From: Candidatus Heimdallarchaeota archaeon
GTDB lineage: Archaea > Asgardarchaeota > Heimdallarchaeia > Heimdallarchaeales > Heimdallarchaeaceae
Direction of reading: 5' to 3'
Assembly: GCA_030603365.1 (NCBI GenBank)
Contig: JAUVXV010000005.1
Span: 64,001 to 128,000 of the forward strand
Length of the DNA: 64,000 nucleotides
Part shown: piece after piece, positions 28,399 to 37,430 of the stretch
How positions within the stretch are numbered: position 1 is the stretch's first letter
Layout of the letters: the number at the start of each line of letters is the position of its first letter
Position numbers and translations under genes: made by a program
Notes under the pieces: model-generated
What the model was told of the DNA's origin: nothing
Databases searched by the model: none
The model's input: only the letters and a program-made list of their open reading frames with translations

Positions 28399-30531
28399 AT
28401 GTTAAATAAGAAATTTCAAAAGAAATCAAAGTTAGTTTTACTTCTAACATCCTTCTTAATACTAATTGTTATTCTTTCAGGTAGTTATTTGCAAACATCA
28501 GGAAATCAAATTCCATCCTATGCTCTTCCCGAAATTCTTCTAGTAGATTTAGAATTAGAGGATTCCATAATAAAATATGATATAGATAATCCAATAGAAA
28601 TGGAAGGTTTGTTTGATGATATTTATGCAGCACAACTTGATTATTTCAATCTTGTAGGTTTAACTGTTTCTGTTGTAAAAGATGGATCGTTATTCTTGAC
28701 GAAAGGTTATGGTTATAGGAATTACTCTTCAATGCTGCCAGTTGATCCACTGACAACTCTTTTCCGTTTAGGGTCTATTTCAAAAACGTTTACTGCTATT
28801 TCTATTCTACAACTGATGGAAGATGGTTTAATAGATCTCGATGAAGATGTGAATACTTACCTAACTGCTTTCCAAATTGCTGATACTTATGCTGAGCCTA
28901 TCACAATCAGACATCTGCTCACTCATTCAGCTGGTTTTGAGGAAACGGTGGAATTATCCTTTTTTGAGGTAGCTTCTGAAATGCCAGACTTGGAAGAGAC
29001 CCTAACAACTGGAGCTCCGATGAGAGTTAATCCTCCAGGAGAAGTTGTTTCTTACTCAAACTATGGGTTTACACTTCTAGGATATATTGTTGAAGAACTT
29101 ACAGGAATGCCTTTCGCGCAATATGTTCAAATTGAGATTTTTACTCCCTTTGAGATGAATCATACAACATTCGAACAGCAATTACCTTCTAATTTAGAAT
29201 CAGATATGGCTGTAGGGTATTGGGAAGAAAGAGAAGTTGGGTATTTCGAATATCTTTCAATTAACCCAGCGGCTGGATTGACCTCTTCAGCTGGAGATAT
29301 GGTCAATTTCATGTTAGGAATGTTGAATAATGCTACTTATGATGGAAATCAAATTTTAGAGAACACAACAGTTGAAATAATGCAATCAGCGCAGTTTATT
29401 ACTCATCCCGATTTGCAAAATATGTGTTTTGGGTTATATGAAATGAGCATGAATGATGAATACATTATAGGTCATGGAGGAGATACAGTTTTCTTCCACA
29501 GTAGAATGGCACTATTTCCAGAGCATGATTTTGGTTTGTTTATCTCATATAATAACCGAGAAGGAATAACAGCAAAGTTAGATTTCTTTATCACTTTTAT
29601 GAACTATTACTTCCCTTATCAGAATAACAATATAATACCAATGGAAGATTATACTAAAGGACTATCAGATTTCGCAGGTTTCTATTTGTCTTCAAGAAGA
29701 CATTATAGAGATGCTCCAGAGATTCCTATGGAGATGTGGATGAGATATTTTGGATTAGAATTTGTTTCTACAGGTGAATATCTCAAGATAGTTGGAGTAC
29801 CGATAGAATTTGTTCAAACAGCTCCTAATTATTTCGTAGAGAGAACAGGTCAATACGACTATACGATTGTTTTCTTCAAAGATGAAAAAGGAAGAGTTAC
29901 TCATTTCCACTCAGACTTAGTTGGACCCACTTCAACGTTTGAGAAGCTACATTTTGTCTATCGTAATTTTGAAACTTTTAATGCAATAATAATAGCTTTT
30001 GCTGTAATATTTCTTGTATCTCTAACCTATTGGGGAACAAAGGGGTTGTATAGTTTCATTACAAATAAGAAGAGTTTCCGAAATGTAGATACTATTGCTA
30101 AATGGTGGGTATTAGGGATTCCTGCAACATTCATTCCTTTTGCCTTATACTTGAACACAAAATCCGAGACAGTTATTTTTCTCGAAAAAGAAGTTCCGGA
30201 GATATTTGGAAATATGTTTATTCTCCCTCTTTTCACTTTGATATTTGTGATTGGGCTAGTAATATTGACCTTTATTTCTTGGATGAATTTCATGGGCATT
30301 AAAATCAAACCAAAACCCGAAAAAGAATCAGGAGAAAAAACAGCTAAGGACGAATCTCAAGAAACAACAGATACTGAAAGAACTGTAATTAAGAAAACTA
30401 TGAGGATCGTATTGGAAAAATTAGCGAAATATCAACCAATAATCAAGAGAGTTCACTATAGTATTCTAGCAATATTTGGAATATCTTTGATTTTCATACT
30501 TGGTTTCTGGGATCTATTACGAATTGCTTAA
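28399..30531 (+). CDS. Membrane-anchored serine hydrolase, beta-lactamase/peptidase S12 family
   Basis: SISK, LLTHSAG, YSN and HGG motifs, signal peptide and C-terminal TM helices. Confidence 0.88.
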   Translation: MLNKKFQKKSKLVLLLTSFLILIVILSGSYLQTSGNQIPSYALPEILLVDLELEDSIIKYDIDNPIEMEGLFDDIYAAQLDYFNLVGLTVSVVKDGSLFLTKGYGYRNYSSMLPVDPLTTLFRLGSISKTFTAISILQLMEDGLIDLDEDVNTYLTAFQIADTYAEPITIRHLLTHSAGFEETVELSFFEVASEMPDLEETLTTGAPMRVNPPGEVVSYSNYGFTLLGYIVEELTGMPFAQYVQIEIFTPFEMNHTTFEQQLPSNLESDMAVGYWEEREVGYFEYLSINPAAGLTSSAGDMVNFMLGMLNNATYDGNQILENTTVEIMQSAQFITHPDLQNMCFGLYEMSMNDEYIIGHGGDTVFFHSRMALFPEHDFGLFISYNNREGITAKLDFFITFMNYYFPYQNNNIIPMEDYTKGLSDFAGFYLSSRRHYRDAPEIPMEMWMRYFGLEFVSTGEYLKIVGVPIEFVQTAPNYFVERTGQYDYTIVFFKDEKGRVTHFHSDLVGPTSTFEKLHFVYRNFETFNAIIIAFAVIFLVSLTYWGTKGLYSFITNKKSFRNVDTIAKWWVLGIPATFIPFALYLNTKSETVIFLEKEVPEIFGNMFILPLFTLIFVIGLVILTFISWMNFMGIKIKPKPEKESGEKTAKDESQETTDTERTVIKKTMRIVLEKLAKYQPIIKRVHYSILAIFGISLIFILGFWDLLRIA

Positions 30532-31347
30532 TTCTAGTGTTTCCTTTTTCTTTCTTTCATAATACTCCATCATTCTTCTAGCATCTTCTTCTGGGAAGAT
30601 TCCTAGTTCCTGAAATTTCTCTTTCAGAAAACGATTAAAATACTCAAAAATCGCATCCATTCCTCTAAATAGGCTCTCTTGTGTAAGCTCAGAGAGTAAA
30701 GTTCTATCAAATACAGCCAATCTGTCTTTATCTAGCTTTTTCTCAAGTCTCCGGTAGTTTTCTTGCTTTCTTTCAGCAAATGAATCTTCGAACTTCACTA
30801 GATATTTTCTATAAAAATCAATACAATCTAGAGCATCCCACCATTCTCCTCTAAGAATTTTACTGACAGTATAGCTTATACCCATATGATAATGATTAAT
30901 CCTATGAGTCAAATCAGCTATATCAACATCCCATTTCATTTTTGCAGATTCTTCAATCATCCTTACTAGATGTCTTTCTGGGTCATATAGAATATCAAAA
31001 TTGATTTTATCTGGTCTGGTTTCAGGAGGGAGAAGGTTAAAAGCAAAATCTACCTTGATTTCTTCATCTTCATAAAAAACTACATAGACAGTAGGAAAAC
31101 CTGACATAGACTCAGCTTTAATTCTACCAACTTTCTTAGCAATTTCAAGTCTTTCATTTCTGAAACTATCTCTATCTTCTTCATTAGCAAAAGAAATGCT
31201 CAGATCAATATCAGAATATTCATCAGCTGATTGGGAACCTCCAAGATACAAACCTACAACTCTAGGATCTTCAGTGATTATTTTAGCAACTTTGTTAAGG
31301 AGAGATTGATGTTTGGGTAGATTTTTGAATTTCTCAATTTGATGCAT
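30517..31347 (-). CDS. Nucleotidyltransferase (aminoglycoside/lincosamide adenylyltransferase-like)
   Basis: GGS...DEYSDID pol-beta NTase motif followed by a helical C-terminal domain. Confidence 0.7.
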   Translation of the reverse strand: MHQIEKFKNLPKHQSLLNKVAKIITEDPRVVGLYLGGSQSADEYSDIDLSISFANEEDRDSFRNERLEIAKKVGRIKAESMSGFPTVYVVFYEDEEIKVDFAFNLLPPETRPDKINFDILYDPERHLVRMIEESAKMKWDVDIADLTHRINHYHMGISYTVSKILRGEWWDALDCIDFYRKYLVKFEDSFAERKQENYRRLEKKLDKDRLAVFDRTLLSELTQESLFRGMDAIFEYFNRFLKEKFQELGIFPEEDARRMMEYYERKKKETLELSNS

Positions 31348-31455
31348 AACTTTAATTTAGTTTAAAGATAAAAAAAGATTTGCAGAGAATATACTTAACC
31401 TAACTTTAGTTTTGTGGTGGTGAAAATTTTATAAAGCTTAATATAAAGTAGATTC

Positions 31456-31971
31456 ATGAAAAAAGGACTTAAGATTTTTCTCATCATTTTCATTCCTATA
31501 ATGTTAGGTGTTCTTTCCTTTGGAGGAACTATACTCTATTCTTATCTGCAAGTTGATTATTCAATCGGTGATACAACTGTTGCTTTTGATATCACACCCG
31601 ATTTTATAGAGGGATATGTAGGTTTTATTGAACTTACCACACCAGCTGAAATACAGAATAAGGGGTTGTATTCCATTCGAGATCTCAACATAACCATTAG
31701 TGTTTATGGTGCAAATTTCAGTCTTGCAACTCTCAATGGGGAACTACTCGCAAGTGGAGTAAATCTTATCGGAGATATAATAAAAGGTCAAACTTGGAGC
31801 GATGACATCATTGTTGAAATTACTTACTATATTGCATTTCTGGCAATTTATAGTGGTGATTTTGATATTAATATAGATATCAGCTTAAATGTTGATTTTG
31901 GTATATTTCTAATTCCAATAAATATTCAGACAAATGTTAATGCTACTTGGGACGCACCATTCTCATTATAA
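31456..31971 (+). CDS. Hypothetical membrane-anchored beta-rich protein (LEA_2-like)
   Basis: N-terminal TM followed by an alternating beta-strand pattern. Confidence 0.55.
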   Translation: MKKGLKIFLIIFIPIMLGVLSFGGTILYSYLQVDYSIGDTTVAFDITPDFIEGYVGFIELTTPAEIQNKGLYSIRDLNITISVYGANFSLATLNGELLASGVNLIGDIIKGQTWSDDIIVEITYYIAFLAIYSGDFDINIDISLNVDFGIFLIPINIQTNVNATWDAPFSL

Positions 31972-32030
31972 CTCTCTTTTTTTCTTTTCAAAGGAGAAGT
32001 CTTATATTTTAGAAGATTAAACGCGAATTA

Positions 32031-33149
32031 TTGATAAAAATGAGTGAAGAAGTATCGTATATTGATATGAGTACACTACACAATTTCATGAAAGATGTAT
32101 TCATGGGTTTAGGTTATCCAGAAGAGCAAGCTAAGATTAGTGCAGATATATTGATCGAAGCTGATGTTAGAGGTATCACTTCTCATGGTGTTCAAAGATT
32201 GAGATATTACTATGTTAGAGTGAAATCTAATCAACATCTTGTCACCGATTTTAAAATAATAAAAGATGAAGCAGCTACAGCTGTCATCGATGGTAACCAT
32301 GGTAATGGTCATTATATCTCATACAAGGCAATGAAAATATCTATTGAAAAAGCTAAGAAGTATGGTATAGGGATGGTAGTCGTTAGAAACAGTACTCATT
32401 ATGGTATAGCGGGTTACTATCCTCTCATGGCAATAAAAGAGGGGTGTCTAGGAATAACAGGAACAAATGCAAGACCAGCTGTTGCACCAACCTTTGGTGG
32501 AGAACCTGTGTATGGTACTAATCCTCTTACCTTTGGCTTTCCAACCGATGAAGAGTTTCCATTTGTTTTAGATTGTGCTACATCTATTATTCAGAGAGGT
32601 AAAGTAGAAATTGCTGCTAGAAATAACACTCCTTTACCAGATGGAGTAGTCATTGACAGAGAAACAGGTAAAACACGTACTGATGCAGCTCAATTGCTGA
32701 AAGATTTTGTTGATAATAAAGCTGCTTTACTAGCTTTAGGGGGAGCTGGAGAAGAACTATCTGGTCACAAAGGATATGGTTACGCTACTGTAGTTGAGAT
32801 TCTCTCTGCAGCTCTGCAAGATGGAGTGTTTCTCAAAGACTTATCAGGACTAGATGATGAGGGTACTAAAGTTCATTTCAGAGTTGGTCATTTCTTCATT
32901 GCAATTGACCCATCGTTCTTCATGGGATTTGAGATTTTTAAAGCGATTGCAGGGAATATTTGTAGAGGCTTGCGAAATTCAGATAAGGTTCCTGATGCTT
33001 TTAGAATTTACACAGCAGGAGAAAAGGAATACGAAGCTGAGAAAATTGTTAGAGAAAAAGGCGTTCCTTTAAGCAAGAGTATCCAAGAAGACTTGATTTT
33101 CATGAGAGATGAGCTTAAACTTGCCAAGTATAATTTCTCTTTTAAATGA
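32031..33149 (+). CDS. Ldh_2 family (type 2 malate/L-lactate/sulfolactate) dehydrogenase; likely start 32040
   Basis: ADVRGITSHG, RNSTHYG, GTNP, LDCATS, GHKGYG. Confidence 0.88.
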   Translation: MIKMSEEVSYIDMSTLHNFMKDVFMGLGYPEEQAKISADILIEADVRGITSHGVQRLRYYYVRVKSNQHLVTDFKIIKDEAATAVIDGNHGNGHYISYKAMKISIEKAKKYGIGMVVVRNSTHYGIAGYYPLMAIKEGCLGITGTNARPAVAPTFGGEPVYGTNPLTFGFPTDEEFPFVLDCATSIIQRGKVEIAARNNTPLPDGVVIDRETGKTRTDAAQLLKDFVDNKAALLALGGAGEELSGHKGYGYATVVEILSAALQDGVFLKDLSGLDDEGTKVHFRVGHFFIAIDPSFFMGFEIFKAIAGNICRGLRNSDKVPDAFRIYTAGEKEYEAEKIVREKGVPLSKSIQEDLIFMRDELKLAKYNFSFK

Positions 33150-33156
33150 AGTATAT

Positions 33157-34278
33157 TTATTCACTTCTAATTTCTTCTGGAGGGACGAAAGGAAACACTC
33201 TTCGAACAATATCTTTTGCTCTTTCGAAATGAGAGACCTTTCCTTCGAAATTTTCTAATTCTTCTCTGAATTCTTCGTAGAAGTTTTCAGTGAAATGTTT
33301 TGCTGCCGATTGAAGAATAAAGGCATCACTGTCACTTATAATAAGAGTAGTAACTTTATGTTCCTTGTCTTCAACAACTATGAGTTTTTTATCACCAAAA
33401 CTTACTTTCCGAAGATCCGTTTTAGCACCGGTAGTCTCAGAAATCAGCGCCTTTAGAGCTGTGACAGTTCCAGATACTAGTACGTCTTGATAAGCTAGAT
33501 CAACTGCCTTACCTCCAATTCTCACTGAAAAGAGTAATAGACCAGCATCATTGAAGATGAGTATCTTGTTAATTTTCGCAGGTAGTAGATAAACATAGAA
33601 TGGATTGAAGATGAAAGCTAAGGCTAAGATACCAAAGGTGATACTGAAAGGAATAGCTCCATAAATTTGGAAAGTGTTAAATGTCCATCTCTCGAAAACC
33701 TTGAGTGAAGCAAATACAAAACCAATTCCAGTTGCAGTAGCTATTAAGAAACTTATTCTTTTGAGTTTTTTATATTCCGCTCTCATTGTATCTTTTGTAT
33801 AAACATAAAACGCTTCTCCAAGTACAAAAGCTTGAAAGATGTTTAGCAAAACCCTTGAAACTCGATACTCTGGAGTTTCTGCATATACACCCGTAGATTC
33901 TATGCCGTAAAGAACCTCAAGTATGTATACAATTATGTATCCTCCTAGAAGTGTGGAAGCAGTTGCTAAGAGGAAAGTATTCGGTTTTTCATTACGCATG
34001 AATTCTAAATAGAGAAAGAGTACGAAAAGAGCTATACCTGAAGGAATCATGTGAAATTCTTGTAAAGAACTGTAATCAGAAACGATGCCATTTCGCCAAA
34101 GAATGAAAATAATGATCTCTAATACTCCTTGAAAGATTACCAAACCAAATAACCAAATGAACCATGTAAAACCAGTAATCCTGTCTCTGTATCTCCTATA
34201 CAAGAAATAAGCTAGGATGATACTAATAATAACCATCTGAGCAATTTTGATGTATAATTCACCATAACTAGAAGCCAT
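33157..34278 (-). CDS. Seven-TM membrane protein fused to a C-terminal longin-like domain
   Basis: Seven hydrophobic segments in aa 1-232, then ILIFNDAGLLLF...DVLVSGTVTALKALISE...LRKVSFGDKKLIV. Confidence 0.7.
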   Translation of the reverse strand: MASSYGELYIKIAQMVIISIILAYFLYRRYRDRITGFTWFIWLFGLVIFQGVLEIIIFILWRNGIVSDYSSLQEFHMIPSGIALFVLFLYLEFMRNEKPNTFLLATASTLLGGYIIVYILEVLYGIESTGVYAETPEYRVSRVLLNIFQAFVLGEAFYVYTKDTMRAEYKKLKRISFLIATATGIGFVFASLKVFERWTFNTFQIYGAIPFSITFGILALAFIFNPFYVYLLPAKINKILIFNDAGLLLFSVRIGGKAVDLAYQDVLVSGTVTALKALISETTGAKTDLRKVSFGDKKLIVVEDKEHKVTTLIISDSDAFILQSAAKHFTENFYEEFREELENFEGKVSHFERAKDIVRRVFPFVPPEEIRSE

Positions 34279-34334
34279 CGAATATGCTTAAACGTGCTGA
34301 AATATAAATTTAGCCCTAATTTAACATGAAGAGA

Positions 34335-34436
34335 TAAGAGAGGGAAGGGTGTGGTTCCCCTCCCACTAAGCTCTGCTGGTGGTTAAAACTAGCGAGGGGA
34401 CGCTAGTTGAATTTGATATGTGGGGACATATCAACA
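34335..34436. ncRNA. Putative structured small RNA with G-/C-tract loop hairpins
   Basis: Perfect hairpins AACTAGCG-AGGGGA-CGCTAGTT (34387-34408) and TTGATATGT-GGGG-ACATATCAA (34413-34434). TCCCCTC (34356-62) is complementary to GAGGGGA (34394-34400). Confidence 0.5.
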
Positions 34437-34623
34437 TTAGACTTAAGAGAAAATACTATTTAAACCCCCAAATTTTCATAATACTTTCGTTTCACCATAC
34501 GCTGAAAGTAAAACAGATTCAATAGATAGGCGGTTTTTGGTTTCGTTGTGTAGGTGAAAACACAATAATGACTAAATGTGTGTGATGGAAATTTTATATA
34601 GGTAAGATTGTAATATACTTGCA

Positions 34624-34989
34624 ATGGATTCCGAAGTAGAGAAACAAGATTATGAGTTGCTCTTACTCCTCAGTACTTTAGGAGCTAATAAAATTCGAGC
34701 AATACTTATCTTGGCACACCTATACCCAAAAGCGATCACTGCCACACAACTATCAACTCTGCTTGGATATTCGATGAAAGCAAGAACAATCTATCGAGGT
34801 ATATTAGATGACCTACAGGAAAGAGAATTAATCTTTCTAGACAAACTCACTCCCAAAGTAGCCAGCATTCGATTAAATCATGAGAACGAGTTACTCAAAA
34901 GACTAATCGAAATGTCTCAGAACCAGGGAGGAGAGTATCAAAAGGTAATCGATGAACTATTGGTGAAAAAAGATGAAGATGAATGGTAA
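34624..34989 (+). CDS. Small winged-helix transcriptional regulator
   Basis: ITATQLSTLLG...IYRGILDDLQERELI HTH-wing pattern. Confidence 0.6.
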   Translation: MDSEVEKQDYELLLLLSTLGANKIRAILILAHLYPKAITATQLSTLLGYSMKARTIYRGILDDLQERELIFLDKLTPKVASIRLNHENELLKRLIEMSQNQGGEYQKVIDELLVKKDEDEW

Positions 34990-35596
34990 ATACCAATCAC
35001 TGCTTCGAGCAGATAGAAAACCCACTCTAACTGTAAAAAGGGCGTTATTCTATTTAGTATTACTAGTATCTCTAGCCCTGTTTATCTCGTTTTTCACCTC
35101 TTTAAGTTATTCACAAACCTTTGATAGATCTTTTACTGATTTTAACGCTATACCTACTATTCCAACTGATTATGTAGCAGTCTTTACAACAGAACTAATT
35201 AACGAAGGATATAGAGATTTAAACGGTATCATCATCTCTTTACCAACTTGGGGTATTGTAACTCTAATCACCTCAGGTGTAGGATTTGGATCAACTATTC
35301 TGAGTTCAACTCTCTCAAAAACAATGTTATTAGAAAATAAGAAATGGTTGAAAACTTGGACAAAGAAAGGGAAAATAACTTACCACTATTTCTTTAAGAT
35401 GGTGAAAATAGATCTGGGGGAGAATAGAATAAGCATACTTAAGCTGAAGAATAAGTATAGAATTAAGATACAAATTGCAGAGGGTTTAGATCTTTCCAAA
35501 TATGGGTTCTCTTTAAAGAATAACTATTTTGTAGGATATTTTGTAAAAGAGGAACTGTCTAGTACTATTCATTTACTCAGTACTCAACTGCAATAA
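34973..35596 (+). CDS. Hypothetical membrane protein (2 TM)
   Basis: Two hydrophobic segments; overlaps the upstream regulator, so probably co-transcribed. Confidence 0.6.
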   Translation: MKMNGKYQSLLRADRKPTLTVKRALFYLVLLVSLALFISFFTSLSYSQTFDRSFTDFNAIPTIPTDYVAVFTTELINEGYRDLNGIIISLPTWGIVTLITSGVGFGSTILSSTLSKTMLLENKKWLKTWTKKGKITYHYFFKMVKIDLGENRISILKLKNKYRIKIQIAEGLDLSKYGFSLKNNYFVGYFVKEELSSTIHLLSTQLQ

Positions 35597-35645
35597 TTCT
35601 CTTATTGCTTCTGTTCTTACTCTTCTAACTATCCTACTTTCATTA

Positions 35646-35729
35646 CTCGAGGACTCTTGTACAGAGTCCCACTATTGCCCTAGAGTGTAGAGTGGTGGAA
35701 ACTCTACATCTTGAATTATTCCGCTCGAA
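35646..35729. other. Double-hairpin structured element between convergent genes
   Basis: GGACTCT-TGTAC-AGAGTCC and TGTAGAGT-GGTGGAA-ACTCTACA. Confidence 0.45.
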
Positions 35730-35737
35730 TGTTTCGT

Positions 35738-37078
35738 TTAAGCTGTAGCTTCATTACCATTAGCAATATGCTTTCGCAGATAAGAAAGATCCTTAGATGC
35801 TGGCTCTTCTTTCTTATATTGACCAAAATTACCATTTTGTAATTTATCTTCGATTTTAGCTATGGTACTATCTAACAACCAGTCCTTGTCAACTCTCCAT
35901 TTTTTCTGCTGCCAGTCGAAATTATCATACTCAAAAGTCCAATAGAGACCATGTTTTCCAAAGAAATCAAGTGAGTAGATTTTATAATCCTTTAAGGTAC
36001 TCCAAATGAGATAATTAATCTTGGATTCGTAGTATGGCGGCATTGTAAGTCTGAGGAATATTCCTTTGTTGAATAGCTCTAAATGTGATTGAAATGGAAT
36101 TCTCTCTTCATGGAAGAAGCGGAAAATTTGAGCTTTTTCTTTTTCAGGAACATTTTCTATGAAATATGCTCGTGTAGCATGTTGTTCAAATAACTTACGA
36201 CTGAAATTCCAGCGTGGGTGAGTAACAAGGTTGTTCATGACTAAATTATAGTATTTCCTACCAAAATCAACTTTAGCATTGTGCATATTCTTGTCATCAA
36301 AAAACTCACTGAGATTGAATAACAAAATTTCTTCAGCACTTGTAAGTTTCTCCTCATTAGAGTTTGAAACTTGTTCATTCTTCTTGCTAAGATGTTTGTA
36401 GTAGTCACTATAATGTTGAATCAAATCTGTTTGCTTTGACCTAATATCAATAGTTCTTCCATTAGTTATTGAAGTTGTTAAGTCTTTTAGTAGTTCAAAA
36501 TGGAGAGGTTCTATTGTCTGAAGATCAATAGCAGATGGTAGTCTAGGTAGCGAAACGCTTTTAGATAACCTTTTTTCCCAGAATGAAATTAGATCAAATG
36601 GTTCTGGATCTTGAGTATAGTGGGGTAAGGGTTGTGGCCTGGTGAACCGATAACCCATAGATTTCATTGTGAAAAAACTGTCACAATATTCTTGTTCAAC
36701 TAAATGCTCAAGATACTGGTTAAATAACTGCTCAGTATTCTCCGGGAGCTCGAAATGTGCATAGATTCCATAACTTTCACCATAAAAACGGTTGTATGCT
36801 CGAATATACTTGTGTTCAGATAAGGCATTTTGCAATAAAGTAAACTGGTGGAGAGAACTTATTGAAAATATAACTCCATATCTATAAAGTGAAATTCGTT
36901 CTGGAACAAAAGATGCGAATGGTGTTCGGAGAATTTTCCGATCTTTAAGTGATTTAACGCGTCGAATCATTGTTTGTGGAGAAATTTTTAGTTTCTCTGC
37001 TTGCTTGGAAAATGGTTCTAACGGATAATTCTGCAATACATGCAGTATCTTTTTGTCAAGTATGTTTAAATGATCCAT
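35738..37078 (-). CDS. Long Lrp/AsnC-like winged-helix transcriptional regulator
   Basis: LDKKILHVLQ..P..PFSKQAEKLKISPQTMIRRVKSL N-terminal wHTH followed by alpha/beta domains. Confidence 0.75.
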   Translation of the reverse strand: MDHLNILDKKILHVLQNYPLEPFSKQAEKLKISPQTMIRRVKSLKDRKILRTPFASFVPERISLYRYGVIFSISSLHQFTLLQNALSEHKYIRAYNRFYGESYGIYAHFELPENTEQLFNQYLEHLVEQEYCDSFFTMKSMGYRFTRPQPLPHYTQDPEPFDLISFWEKRLSKSVSLPRLPSAIDLQTIEPLHFELLKDLTTSITNGRTIDIRSKQTDLIQHYSDYYKHLSKKNEQVSNSNEEKLTSAEEILLFNLSEFFDDKNMHNAKVDFGRKYYNLVMNNLVTHPRWNFSRKLFEQHATRAYFIENVPEKEKAQIFRFFHEERIPFQSHLELFNKGIFLRLTMPPYYESKINYLIWSTLKDYKIYSLDFFGKHGLYWTFEYDNFDWQQKKWRVDKDWLLDSTIAKIEDKLQNGNFGQYKKEEPASKDLSYLRKHIANGNEATA

Positions 37079-37109
37079 TTTTTTGACCTCTTTTTTTTGT
37101 TATTGTTGT

Positions 37110-37400
37110 TTGCGAAGAAACAACCGGAGAGATCAAGAAGGTGGCTTGTACAAGAAATGTAGCCTCCGCAGTTTGCAGTCTAGCGTGCAATATCTTGTAC
37201 AAGACCCTCTCGATATCCCCTTCGAGAGAACCCATTTAGACCTCTAACTTTGTTTCTTCGTGGTTTGACCCCTTGTGTTTGAGTTCGAATTAGCTTCCTT
37301 TGACCTTTCCTAGTGGAAACCTTAATGGGGGGATTAATGACCTAGTTTCCCCCCAGGTTTTCCTTTCTCGCCAAATGAGGAAAGGGGTGGGGTTTCTGGC
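37110..37400. ncRNA. Putative ~290-nt multi-stem structured RNA
   Basis: Long-range pair CGAAGAAACAA/TTGTTTCTTCG, plus CTTGTACAAGA/TCTTGTACAAG, CTCTCGA/TCGAGAG, GGGGGGA/TCCCCCC inside AAACCT/AGGTTT, and CCTTTCTC/GAGGAAAGG. GC is elevated and there is no ORF. Confidence 0.55.
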
Positions 37401-37430
37401 GATTTTGATTTTTAATTCAGCGTGATCTTA

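Noticed and set aside
28399-31347. Antibiotic-resistance locus (beta-lactamase plus adenylyltransferase)
   Set aside because: Both belong to broad families common in archaea, they are convergent, and nothing indicates their substrates.
33575-33610. GPCR NPxxY motif in TM7 (NPFYVY)
   Set aside because: The spacing does not match NPxxY and no other class A motifs are present, so GPCR homology is not claimed.
37110-37400. RNase P or SRP RNA
   Set aside because: The size fits and AGGAAAGGTC loosely recalls RNase P CR-I, but I found no convincing CR-V or SRP helix-8 motif. Left as an unknown RNA pending cmscan.
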